Assembly (NCBI GenBank): GCA_022813965.1
Contig: JALDZS010000068.1
Span: forward strand, 62,001 to 114,816
Direction of reading: 5' to 3'
DNA: 52,816 nucleotides
Origin: Toensbergia leucococca
Taxonomy: Eukaryota
Shown: piece by piece, positions 1 to 12,704 of the stretch
Layout: every line of letters starts with the position of its first letter
How positions within the stretch are numbered: position 1 is the first letter of the stretch
Made by a program: the position numbers and the translations under genes
The notes under the pieces: model-generated
The model's database searches: none
Told to the model about the DNA's origin: nothing
Seen by the model: the letters and a program-made list of their open reading frames with translations, nothing else

Positions 1-199
1 CACTCGAGAATAGAATAATTTGCCGAGGCACAAAATAGAATAAGGTATCCGTAACAACGTTGGTGACGTCAGGTTGCAGGAGGCAGGCTTGGCAGGGAGG
101 CAGGGTACAAACGTCAATGGTGAATCCAGAAAGGGACTCGTCCATCTACCGTACCTTAATTAATCATGTTGCCCACCTACCAGCTTCCACCGGATCTCC

Positions 200-3003
200 A
201 TGTCGGCCTTGCTGTCAGTTTTGTTCTTCAGTGACGCAACAGTTCATGCTCAAATGCCATTAGGAAGTAGAATTACGCATTCACAAGGCCAACGATAAGA
301 ACACTGCCCTACAGGCAACGCTGAATGCCGCTGACTTATGTCTACGTGTGTTGAGTTTGACCTTGGATAAAGCGCACGAAAAGCAATTTGAAAAGAGATT
401 TAACCATTTGTTGCAACATGCCGAAAACATCAAGGCTTGCGATCAAGGGAGCCCCTTTATCCATGCCATGTCCCCTGCCGCCATGAGACAACAGCTGAAG
501 GAGCCCATTTCAAGTCGTGCCCTCTCGACTCGAGAAGAAATCATCTTATTGCAAGGATCGAAGCTACATGGATCCATCTTCCCGCCGTGGAAGAGTCCAC
601 CAGACGCGTCGGAATTTGAGCTGCAGCCAGACCAATCATACTTTGCGTATGTATCAACCATTAAAACGCAAATATCTCCCCTCTCGCCAATTCTAATTCG
701 CGTAGAGACAAGCCAGATCTTCGGCTTTCTGGTCTGCAGTCAGACATTTTCAATGGCTGGCGGCGACCTGACCAAATCTTTACTCTAACAAGTTCTGGAT
801 CTTCTAGTTCACCTGCAGCAGCACGCCCCACCATGATCGCTCGTGCCAGCATAGATCTTGTGCAAGATGTTACTACGGATTGTTCTGTCGTGGCGAGCCT
901 CTGTGCATGTACTGCTACGGAAAAACGTGGTCACTCCAAAGTACCTTCTTGGCGAGGATAAAGACATTTCAGCTCTGACGGATTTCCAGATGCTGACGTC
1001 CAATATTTACCCATATGACCAACACATCATGGAACCCGCCATCTCCCTCAACGGCAAGTACATTTTTCGATTGCACTTCAATGGCTGCTTTCGAAAGGTA
1101 ATTATCGACGAACGTCTACCCTCTTCACGTACGGAACGTGCTCTGCACGTTATTGATCGAAGCAATCCTGGCCTCCTGTGGCCAGCCCTCTTTGAAAAGG
1201 CGTACTTGAAGGTTCGAGGTGGTTATGAGTTCCCCGGAAGTAACTCAGGAACGGATTTGTGGGTCCTGACAGGCTGGATACCCGAGCAGCTCTTTCTTCA
1301 GAGGTAGGGCCATGATCGTATCGTGAGGGTTTGGAGCCCAGAGCTCGTCTGATAGAACCGGTTCTAGTGACGATGTAGTACCGAATGCTGTATGGCATCG
1401 CATGTTTAACGCCTTCAGATATGGGGATATAATAATTACCTTGGGTACTGGAAAATTAACATCGCGCGAAGAAGAGCTATTGGGGTTGGTAGGTGAACAC
1501 GATTATGCGGTTATTGACATGAAAGAGCTTGGTAGCCAAAGACTTTTCCTTGTAAAGAACCCATGGTCAGAAGGCACCGTAGGGCAGAGTAACACTGCTC
1601 CCATCCAGAACGACGTACATTGCGTTGGGGCACCAATGACTACTCCAGGTGTAGCAGATTCCGAAGCTGTAAGGCCTGGGATGTTTTGGTTGGACCTCAG
1701 CAATATTGTCCAGAATTTCGAATCGATTTATCTCAATTGGAACCCAGGCTTATTCTCGTTCAGGGAGGACGTTCACTTTACATGGGATCTTACCGTGTTA
1801 GCTACCCCGGTAGGCTCCTTTTCCAGTAACCCGCAGTACGAAGTCCGCAGTAGCTGTGGCGGGACTGTGTGGCTACTTTTGAGCAGACATTTAAAATCCG
1901 ATACTCTAGCTCCCGCAGGTCCGGAGCCAGGCTCTTCTCAGAACACCGGCGGCGGTTTCGTAAGTTTGTATGCGTTTGGTCAAAGCGGGCAAAGGGTACA
2001 GTTGAGTGACGGTGCCTTGTTCCGTGGTCCCTATGTTGATTCTCCTAACACCTTACTTCGACTTGAGCTTCCGTTTGATACAGCATACACGGTCGTAGTT
2101 TCGGAGCAGCTTCTTCCTCGGGATAGCCATAATTTCTCATTATCGGCATTCTCTCTTGGTCCAGTAACGGTCACACAAGCTCGAGAAAAATACCCTCATT
2201 GTACATCAATTGAAGGTGCTTGGACCTTTTCCACATCGGGCGGAAATGCTAGCAGTCGCTCTTACCATTTGAATCCTCAGTTCAGCCTCCATTTGCCAGC
2301 CTCATCGGATGTCTCACTGCTAATCGAAACTTCTGTCGACGATCTCCCGGTTCACACCAAGCTCCTCTGGGGTAGTGGAAAGCGCATTACACATGTCACT
2401 ACTCAAAATATTCTTGGAGATAGCGGCGAGTACAGAAGAGGAAGTGCCTTTGCGGAAATCCTCGACGTTCAAGCCGGTGATTACACCATCATTTGTTCCA
2501 CGTTTGAACGGGGTCAAACGGCGAAATTCAAAATGCTAGTCAGCACCACGTCGGGGTGTGCAGTACGATGCATTCCGCTCGACGAAGCTGGACGTTTAGT
2601 CAACAAGCTGCAAGTGGCTTCCTTTTCGCCAGGATCTCACCGCCTTTTGGCTCCGTTGATGATTGGCCGCATTACACGGCTGCGTTTGGTCGCTCGGCCT
2701 TGTAATGCATCGCCAATGGCAAAGGTAACGTCGCGGTCGCCTTTAAAGCTGACAATTGAACTCGGACAGGGCCCAATGAAGCAGGTACTCGCGGTCAGTG
2801 GTAAAAATGAGTTCATCGACAATCCTACCGGCGTGCGAACGCAGGATGTCGATATGCTACCAGGTATGTGTAATCAAAGAGGGATTTGGATTGTCCTAGA
2901 ACGACTAGGAGGTTCGGAATTGCCGCACGTTGAAAGCGTGGATGTTGATATACTCAGCGATGGGCCTATCACAGTCGGAGCTTGGGGCATAGGAGATGGA
3001 TAA
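200..3003 (+). CDS. palB: Calpain-like cysteine protease PalB/Rim13 (ambient-pH signalling), multi-exon
   Basis: The spliced frame gives the calpain triad motifs DLVQDVTTDCSVVASLCA (Cys), GEHDYAV (His) and KNPWS (Asn), plus LFEKAYLKVRGGYEFPGSNSGTDLWVLTGWIPE and C-terminal calpain domain III-like regions. Introns at 647-705, ~941-990 and ~1304-1367. The start near 200 is approximate; stop at 3001-3003. Confidence 0.93.
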
Positions 3004-3664
3004 CGAACCTACAAATAAGAAAGCACGCTATTACAGAAGCAGCATACGCTCGATCGAGGACGAGATTAAGTTTCTCGGGCAAAGACGCCAACCCCGGATG
3101 TTCGTACCCGTTGAAACTTGGTACGCGATTAAGGTTCATCTCGGCCACTGTCCAGACGCCACGCTTGCTGAATACGTAAAAGCACGGTCTAGGCACCTGG
3201 GACAAGATCAAATCACAACACGTTGAGAGCCGTTCTTACATCGGATTTGTTCTTCTCTTATCAAGGCTAGAATGGCCAATGCGGACATGTCGTTCATGCA
3301 CATGATCTGTACAAGCCACCATCACCGAAGATCACAGACAGCTCGCAAAGGAATTTATCTATTGCATGCTTCAGATTAGGGGTGGCCCATGTAATTCCGA
3401 AGGAACTCCTAGTCCAACTTATCATCTGCAGGCGCATATCCCTTGGAGGGGCTAGTCAATGACACCTCGATGTCTAGCTTCCAGCCTACTACTCTTCTCA
3501 TGGCAGTGATTTCAATTTACAACTTCCCGGAGATCTACCTCTCCCGCAATGAGATCTGATCAGTGATCCTTGAACCGGTTGATCATCGAAGCGGGATGTT
3601 GATAGCTGGTAGAAATTTGCCAGGAGCGAGCAAAATAAATGTCATGTAATCGAGGAAAAAAGCG

Positions 3665-4747
3665 TCAGGCTTTCCGATGCATTCTCCGCACGTGATCTTT
3701 CATGTTGTCCACCCGACTGAATATCCTCTCGCACCCTTCGTAGTCGCAGGGGACCATGGGTGCGTGTTTAGCCTCGTGTCGATCACGATCCTTCTTCGTA
3801 GAGAAACCTCCTTCGGTGGATTGGGGGCATCCTTCGTGACGGCAGAAGAGCGATTTGCTATGACGCCGAAAGTGCTTGCGGAGGTCGCTGCCTCGAGTGA
3901 AGATGACTTGTGATGCGCAGCCTGGGTAGGCACAGCGCCAGCTCGAGCCGTCAGTGTTGAGAATTCCAAAGTTCTGTAGATCTGCCACGTTTGGAGACGT
4001 CGAGCGAGACCGCGCTGGATCTTGGCACAAATTCGTCAACGACTGGGATGGACTACTGTGCCACATCCTTGCTGCTGGTTGGAGCGATTGTCGGAAAGCA
4101 CGGCCCGCCTCCGCAACTATGTCTCCATGTGGACGAGTGGTAAGATTCCATTGTGCAGGGGACAATGGCATGTGTGCATGTGATGTCGCTGGAGTGGTTG
4201 AGCTCGGTATGTCTTGGAATATCCGATGGGCTTCTGCCTCGTCTCCCATCAGCGCTCGTTCGGCTTGGGATGAGAGGAAGTCGGACATGTTGGGGGCTTG
4301 ACTGGGTACTGACGGTACTGGCCGAGGGGTTGGAAATGATGAAGATTGAGCAGATGTACGTGATTCGTTAGGGGCCAGAAAGAAAACATGAGATGACGCG
4401 ACTGCTCCATACGATCTTATGTAGGCCCCAAGATCTAGATCTGTGTAACGAAAGTACTGCTGTGAAGAGCCACGGCAAAAATCTCTTACCAGGAAGCCAA
4501 GAGGGCGTTCCCGAGGTCAAAGTAAGCCGTCCACCAGAACGTCTGCTTCGTCAGTAATATGAATAGAAACGATGGCGCGGCTTATTGTTTGCCATATACT
4601 CTACTTCAAACGACAGGGCTGACCCGAATCCCAAAGCCCGAAAGCCAATGAGGCAATCTGGGCATACGTCTTATCATCAGCTGAGATCCAATGGCTACCA
4701 CCCAGCTTCTCATTGGTGAATAAGATACGATGAAACAACCGTATACT
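3665..4747 (-). CDS. C2H2 zinc-finger protein (three C-terminal fingers); 5' end unresolved
   Basis: Fingers WRCAYPGCAS..LRKHFRRH, LFCRHEGC..RDRHEAKH and PCDYEGCERIFSRVDNMKDHVRRMH. The frame stays open from 3665 to 4440. A GTAAGA..ACACAG intron (4489-4441) and further upstream exons extend it to at least 4747. Confidence 0.85.
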
Positions 4748-6392
4748 CTAGTCTTAAATCAGCTTTAGCGGCGAACGTTGTTCCCTGTAGATAGTGACTT
4801 CATCGATGCTGAGATCATCTTGGTGGTGCAGGTGTAGGCAGGACGAAGAAGGTCAGGACTGGGGGAAGCTTCAAGATCGTGCTGATGTCTTTTACCTAAC
4901 CGCGAGAGAAAAAAGGTATTTGGTGATAAGCTGACTCATAGGCTGACTCTTACCAGGAGGGACGTCATTTGTCTCTTCATTTCGGGGGAGACTGTACATC
5001 TCTAGCTTGAACAGGTTCTGCTAAACGCTCACACGTCCAGACAGAGAGGTTGCCTTTCCTCCCTATCCGTTGATGACTCTCGTACTCGGCTGAGGAGGAC
5101 CCGAGCAACCTGTACAGAGAATAAGAAACGGATCCCGAGTACAATGCTCCGCAGGGGTTGCAACGCCTTTACCAAGCACCACGGGTTTTCCGTACGTACG
5201 TTGAGCTCTTACGGTATGCGGACCGCCAATCTAAACCAAAAGATTTCACGGCGTCTACACACCGGTCTCGGGCCCCGACCCTGTTTGTCCATGATAAAGT
5301 CGCTGCTTGGGTTCATGAATCAGGCGTATAAGAAGGCAAACTACTAACACTGCGTCGTAGGATTCGAATGTGCTGCTGAAGGAGATCAAAGTCAGGGCCA
5401 ATGTCGGTCTGCTGCAAATGGTCCACGGCTCAAAAATACAACAATTTCCCGAGTACAAGTCGACCAGCTCTAAAAGCTGAAAGCTATGACAATGACACCA
5501 AAGCGATCCAGCGCATGCCTATCTTCTTCTGTCGAGAAATCCACGCCGAAGACGATGCTATCATTATTATTGCGCGGGTTCCTCTAAGCTCACTAGCCAT
5601 GGACTGAACAAAAGACGGGAAGTCCCGTTGCTGTCATTGCCCCGATAGTCTGGAAAATTCCGGTCAGCGGTGTGACAGTAAGCTAGTCGTACGAAGATAT
5701 TAATGCTCTAGCTTTCAGCTTCACCGCCGTGTATGCAAGAGATAATCTGGGGTTCAAGTTCATGCAGATTTAGCGAGAATCCTGCGCCTTGCGCATCATA
5801 AATCAAGGCAGCGACTGGAGGGCCTGAAAAATACTTTTTCAAACATGCACAAAAGACCATTGAGATTCGATATGAAGGTCTTCTCGAACAATAATAGTAG
5901 TCGGTTAGCCATACATCGAAATGGAACAAGGCAGCATTCAAGGCCGATTGCAAGTCACAAGGTTATTTTGCTAGACCTGCCTTGACGATTCGATGCCTCC
6001 CACGTTTTGATCTCGAACGAAAAAAGTAGCAGGCAGGTGAAGAAAACACAACTTTGACTGATGCAAGGACATGGTAATAGACGTGTTCTGCCAAATGTAT
6101 TGTAGATCAGGGTATACATGGTCATGACACACTGACAGATCCAAATTCGCAGATCAGGCAGAAGGTTATTGTCAATGGATACGTCAACGTGAGTCTGAAC
6201 GTGAGATAGAAAAAGAATCATCAAAAGCAGTCCAATAGCCCCTGGTCATTTGTAAATTGACCTATCGCTGCAGGGGTATTATCGCGCCAACCCACAGCAT
6301 AGATAATAGCTCGGCACCTGCCATTGAATAGAAGTCAATCGTAGCACATGAATTCATAACAGCGTAAGGAGGGGGGGAGGATTAGGGTTTGG

Positions 6393-8161
6393 CTATGAAG
6401 GACCGAGCCGTCTTCGCCGACCACGACTGCCACCCTCGCTTCTTTGGGCGAGAACTTCTCGAAGCTTGGGGTCATTGGGGTCTTTATCAACATGATTGAC
6501 TCGAACATGCCTGTTATTGAGACTTAAAAAGGCTTGGCTTTACCTTACGGGGACTGGGCATCGTACCTTTGTAGATTATCCGGCCGCGGATATTTATGCT
6601 CCCTCTCCGGACAAAACGGGCAGATGTACCCTGGTGATTGGTGAACGAGGCCGTGTCGAATCATCTCATTTTTTCTTTTGAACCCCTTTCCTCCTTCTGA
6701 CCGGTTGCATGATTTTACAGGACAGTAGTGTGACCGAACCTGAGAATGCACATTTGCGTGAGAGCTTGATCAAAAGTCAGTGGGAACCTTCCGTTGAGAA
6801 GATATTCAAACTTCTACTAACTTCAAGAGATACTGCGTTTGGAATGGAGGTGCTGTACAGCCGGCATGATCGCACCTGAACATACCGCTCATCAACGGCC
6901 CATTCATGCCCAGCGGAGGAAGTATAACGCGCCCGCTATTAACATTGATGCAATCGCCGTTGGCTGAAGTGTCGGTGCTAAAACTCCCAGCACTTTGATG
7001 GCTCTCTGCCGAGAGCGGAGTCTGCGCATCGCTCTGAGTGGCAGGTCCATTGTGATAGTATTGTGGATGGTCAGGCTTTCCAGGTGGAGACATTGATGTC
7101 GGATCTTGGCTCCGACGAAAAGGCTCTCGTGGAGAAGATTCGCTGAATGTGCTGATCGGTGACATCTGAGTTGGCGGATACGGGGGTTGGAATGGACCGT
7201 TTTTGTGGCCGTGTAAGTTGGTGAACTGACTCGGGCGACAAGGCATCGAGTTCATTGGCGGTGACTGTACGGAGCCAGGGGTGGAGAAGGAAGTCCAAGG
7301 TGGATGAGCGACCCCGTTGGTACGATGACCATTTTCACTGCCTGACCGTGCATCGACCAACGTTCCAAGCTGTGCATGTAAAGAAGGTAAGCTTTGCTGG
7401 GCATGGGGAGACTTTGATGCGTGTGGGGGCGAAGAGCTCTGCATGGCAGGGAGCGTCTCCATGGGCGAGCCTTCCGAGACCGGTATGGCGTATTGGCGTA
7501 AACTTGGTGACGTCGCCACTGAGCGTGGTCCGTTGCGCCCAATTGAATTACTTTGATGACTTTGGGCTGCAATGCTTGGCGCAGGAGAAAGTTCTTTGAG
7601 TGGGAATGAAATATCCACGGCCGCTTTCGAGGCTTTAGGGGTTGAGGTAAGTTGCTGGTCACTCAAGCTATTCTTGTCCTCTTGGCTTCTACCAGTCTCA
7701 GGCTTGAGGGGGGCTTCCGAATGTGACGACGCTTGAGTATATATTCTTGGACGGACACGCAGTACACCGGCAATGTTCGGTATAGCGTTGTGGCGCCCAT
7801 TGACAACCCCGTCTGCATCGACCAAATGTGATGCATCTTGAGCGGTTTGGACAAGATTCTTCCTCACCACACTCCCATCCTCCACCTCCATCTCCTCGTC
7901 TGGGTAATCAGTCTCCGAGTCCGAGTTGAGTGGCTCCTCGCCAGCTCTTATCGAAATATCTGGGTGATTAGACCCTGCAAGTTGACCGATGAGCACAGCG
8001 TCACCTTGGCAACGTTTTGTCTTACGGCGCGAAATTGTCGCACTAACGGATAAGGGTACAATTTCGGGTGAGGGCGTTGGCGTATACTTCACTATTCTAG
8101 GTAGAAGTGGGGGAGTATTATGATTCAGGGCGTCATCCGAATCGTAAATTTCCGTCGCCAG
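6393..8161 (-). CDS. C2H2 zinc-finger transcription factor, resembling the Magnaporthe COS1-type family; probable non-AUG start
   Basis: Exons 8161?-6822, 6764-6567 and 6510-6393. The spliced C-terminus reads FRCDHAGCTAPPFQTQYLLNSHANVH..HYCPVKSCNRSEGGKGFKRKNEMIRHGLVH..YICPFCPEREHKYPRPDNLQRHVRVNH, preceded by an S/P-rich low-complexity region. Family name is from recollection; the start codon is uncertain. Confidence 0.85.
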
Positions 8162-10362
8162 CTTCAGAACTATTGGTGCAGAGGAGACTTAATGCCTCTC
8201 TGCCCCCAAATAAATAGGAGTTTCCCAATATCGCAATCGAGGCGCAGCCCGTCAACACATGGGCCGGTCTTCATGCAGATAACGACCAGACTATGAAGGT
8301 AGCAAGCGTGGCGTCGTCAGCCCAGCGACTGTTTGAGGGGGAACAAATCAATTTAGAGATTCAAGAAAGATAATTCGATTTCATCGCGATGAACAGCACA
8401 ATATATCTATAGATAGTATAGCACAGGTCCGAACACACTTTACAGCCGTTTGAACGTTGTACTTGGAAGCCATGGAGATTGACTTGGAGAAGGGCAAAAA
8501 GGTGAGATTGAAACCGGCCAACAAGGCAGCGGAGATAAGTGAGTAATGTGGTGGCGAGTTGGTACAAAAAACATCTTTTTGCGACTCGAAATACAAGTGC
8601 ATGGGGCGGAAATGAGAGAGGCTTCAGTGGAAGTGATGATTTGGAAAGCGACGGGCATGAGATGATAATTTGAAGGTCGGAACAGGCTCACCTTTCTGTT
8701 GATGGATAGTGGAAAGAGCCTCTATTGCGGCTGATATAACCTTATCGGGGCTATGTCTTCAAAATCCAAGCTTCGATCCGTTGCTGACGAGATGGGATTT
8801 GTGGTAGTGAAACCCTTGAGACTCGCCCGGCTGCAGAAAACCCCACTTGGCCTTCACTTCAGGTGCGGCGGGACAAGTACAAGGCTCGGCGTGGTGATAA
8901 AGTGGCTGCTTGCGAGGATGCGGCCAATGGTGTTGTGCCTGCCGACCGCATCGTTGGCACACAAGTCTGGGGAACACGAGCACATACACACAGCGACACG
9001 AGTAGAATACCGGCCAGAGCACAAACAGGCAAGCAGATGAATAGCAGCTAGATGAAAAGGCACAAGGCACGGAAAGTGCTGGCATTGGCATTTACATCAC
9101 AGCATACAAGGCATCATGACTTGCCGTATTCTACTCTATTCTACTCGTACTGTGTGGATAGGGATAGAAATTCGGATAACGAATCTCCCATTTTGGCCAT
9201 TTTAGCCATTTTAGCCTCACCATCACTCCGTCTTCAATTTCCTAATGCAACCCGTTCTCTGGTTCAACCTTAAGAGCTATTTGTCTCTTCAAAGACCACC
9301 GATGCAAAAGAGCTAGGCCTATGCATTGATGATTATGAAACGTATTCTATGTGAATTCATTTCATACTTTTATTTTCCACAAACCTCTGGATTTGGTTTA
9401 GTTTCTTGACTTCTACTTCCTACTGCGCACGTACCAAATGCACTCTATCAAGAGGAGGCGCCACAGATGGCCATTTGATTTTTTATGTGCAATGATTACA
9501 TGCATACTCCGTAGTTCAATGACTAGCACCCCTTTTCAGGCGAGTCAGCATGCTTCTTCTTGAGTTCATCTCAATAAACAGGCGATCATTCCGGAGGTAT
9601 GATGAGGGATATTTCGCTTCGAGAGCGGGCAAAAAGTAGTGGGATCAGACCCGATGAGGCAACAGAGAAGGCAGCCAAAGAAGATGCATTACAAAGACTT
9701 TGGAGACCAACAGAACAATGGCAAGTACATTCTCATCATGAGAGAGTTCACATAACGACTGTCCATTGTTTGTTGTTTCTTCGATAAAGTCATCATTTAA
9801 TCAATGCTTCCAAGGAGAAGTGATTTCAAAGCTAAATACTTTGAAATACTAGCTCTGTAGATTGACATCCAAGAGAGCAAGCTTCAAGAACTGAATAATG
9901 CCATTACTTGACCGATGCCTGCTTTGCTACTCGCACAATGTTCGGTCGACTATTCGGAAGTCTGTCCAGAGGTGACGAAGAAAGAGGAGATACTTCAGCA
10001 ATTAATTGAGTGTTGAATACGCCAGACAATGGATTTACATTGGGTTGTGCTACTGTTACTTGCAGGCCAACTTCAGATGTCTCGACCAGCTCTCATATGG
10101 TAACACCTAACAGAAATCGTTATCACGCGTTTCATTGAACATTGGGATCGCCTTATTGACAGCGAAAACGCTTGGATTGATTCAGTATGCTTGTGCCGAT
10201 TTGTCGAGGAGCAGGAGCGCAGAATCCGCGTGGCTCAAAGCCACGAAGTTTATTGTGACAGTCTTACCAATACTATCGTGAATCGGATGTTGTGGCCTGG
10301 AAGATCAAGAAAACGGGATGATACAGGAGAGCCGAGACTAAGTCCCAGCTTCGTGATCATAC

Positions 10363-11669
10363 CTAGAGTTTCGCCTTCATCTCGTTTTCACGTTTTCGCA
10401 TTAAGGCCTCTACCAAAACCCAAGCAAAATTCCCAAAGGGTACCATCTCAACCGCATACTCCTTCGCCTTTGCGCTACTCGCTTGTCTCATTGCATATCT
10501 TGCCGCGATTCCTTGCATGATGACACTGTTTCGAAACACCCCAAATGCGTCCCCCCACCCCAAGTCCGCTCTAGGATCCCAGCCTGCGATTCCAGCATAC
10601 CAGTCAATGCATTGGGGACGAGTGGGGAGGCCTGTTGCTAAACTTGATGCGGAGAAGGCGGCGTTCTTTCGGGAGGAAATCGACAGCATTTCTGAATTAA
10701 GCGTAAAAGGGGCGAACAAGTTGGAAAGGTCAGAGAGAGGGTGGCCTATCGTGGACATTTCCCAACTGTGCATAACGGCCAATATCAGTGCTAATTCAAC
10801 GGGTCGAGGATATTCAATCGACACGCGATTCTTGGTGGTCATACTCTAGAATACCAATTACCCTCGGCTCTGTTCTGTGATATACCAGGTTATCGATCTT
10901 GTAATCGCCATGGATCAGCGTTGCCTGGTCCACGGGCTGCGCTGCAGAGTTTCGAAAAAAGGCGACCATGTCATCGAAATGAGGGATCTTTCCCACAGGA
11001 ATGTGAGTCTCGATGTCAACGGCTTGGGCTTGAGACCCCGAGATGGTCCCGAGGGTCTTGATTTGGCGGTTGTAGAAGCCGGAAGATTTCCCGTAGTTTG
11101 ACAGCCCAATTGATTTAAAATCAACCCTGTGGAATTTCGCGAGTGTGCGTATGGCATCGTACCACCTGTATCCCGAGTTGGTCAACAAGGTGTGCCTGAA
11201 GAAAGGAGAGCTAGGCGCTCACATTCGGCTCCTTTCGTCGACGGTGACTCCAGGGAACGATGCATCTTCGAATATCCTCCCGTCCAAGAATTCCATGATA
11301 TAAAAAGCTGTCCCTATCACGGTCTCATCTTCGCACAAGCAGAAAGTTTGGGGGACTGGTACGTCAGTCTCCCATAAGGCGTGGATAATCCTATATTCCC
11401 TTTCGACTTGGTGTGCTGTTTTCGAGAGCAGCTTGCCGGGGGGCTTCTTACGCAATACATATTTGATACTGTTGCCAGCGGTCAACTCATAAGTTGGATT
11501 TGATTGCCCGAAGCCGAACTGGAGGGCGAAGTATTAGCAAAGAAGTCGAGATGGTTCGAGATGGGCATGCCTGCTTAATGCTAATGGGAAGCGTTATCTC
11601 CAGGACATTATTTCTAATGTAATCTGACAGTGAGGCTGCATCTATCGGCTGCCGCACAGTGCCTGCCAT
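10363..11669 (-). CDS. APH/choline-kinase-like phosphotransferase (ACAD10/11 N-terminal-like), 4 exons
   Basis: [72 protein letters not shown] and [16 protein letters not shown] are typical motifs of this family. Three introns; the first (11570-11519) is GC-AG. Confidence 0.9.
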
Positions 11670-11820
11670 CTTTTTGCTGTATTGACAAGGAAATGCGTCA
11701 TGTCGAGGACGGGATGTGCATACGAGTACAACAGTGCTACTGCGTACTCCGTTTCTGTGGGGAAGTCGAGCTTGAGCCGAGGTAAGGAGTATAATACAGA
11801 CGGTCAATATTTAAGCCGAA

Positions 11821-11837
11821 GGCGCGTGGGTCGCGTC
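11821..11837. promoter_or_regulatory. Two MCB-like CGCGT cores in the 200-bp divergent promoter between the phosphotransferase and dUTPase
   Basis: GGCGCGTGG and TCGCGTC lie just upstream of the dUTPase ATG. MBF/MCB control of dNTP genes is established in yeasts; function here is inferred. Confidence 0.45.
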
Positions 11838-11869
11838 TCCTCTCTCTGATTCAGCTAAGGAGTACGACT

Positions 11870-12585
11870 ATGAAAGAATCAACCCCACCCCCACTTGCCC
11901 CACAGCACAATCCTCCCTTGTTGCCCAGCTCTCCACTCGCAAAACGTCCCAAAACTGTCAATCAGGCAATGGTCCACTCGACCCCGACTACACGAGTAGA
12001 GGAAGGCCCGCCATTGCTAATAAAGAAGCTTACCGCGAAAGCTAAGACACCTACGAGGGGCAGTGCCTTCGCTGCCGGCTACGACATCTACAGTGCTCGC
12101 GATATCATAATACCTGCACGAGGGAAAGCTTTGGTCGACACTGAAATTGCCATTGCCGTACCGGGTGGTACATGTAAGGCCTCGGGTAAATGTCCAGCAT
12201 AATGTACTGATACACACATCAGATGGCCGCATAGCTCCACGAAGTGGACTTGCTTCAAAGCATTTCATCGATACCGGGGCAGGGGTCATCGACGCCGATT
12301 ACAGAGGTCAAGTCAAAGTGTTGCTGTTCAATCACAGCGAGCAAGACTTTCAGGGTTCGTAAGGTTGGCTTTCTAGAGAAGGCGGGAAGTCATTGACAGT
12401 TGACTAGTTGAGGAAGGTGATCGAGTAGCACAGTTGGTGCTTGAGAGAGTGGGTACCTGATAGAGGTCTATAATGGATGATTCGCGAGCTGATGGAACCC
12501 GTAGATATATACGCCAGAAGTCGTCGAGGTCGAAGCACTAGATGAAAGCGTCCGAGGGGCAGGTGGCTTCGGTAGCACAGGCTAG
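11870..12585 (+). CDS. DUT1: dUTP pyrophosphatase (dUTPase), 4 exons
   Basis: dUTPase motifs [37 protein letters not shown] and [11 protein letters not shown]; stop TAG at 12583-12585. Confidence 0.96.
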
Positions 12586-12704
12586 ATGAGTACTAGGATC
12601 CTTTGTGACTCGCCACACTCCGGTTTTACCGTTGGCGTTGCGTCAGGGGAATCGTCATAGAGGAGATCTAAGTCTGGTGTCATTGTCTATAGTTCCGTCG
12701 CTTC

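Noticed and set aside
5144..5607. Small + strand ORFs (67-68 aa), one with a presequence-like composition
   Set aside because: I could not join them into a phase-consistent gene, and no motif was recognisable.
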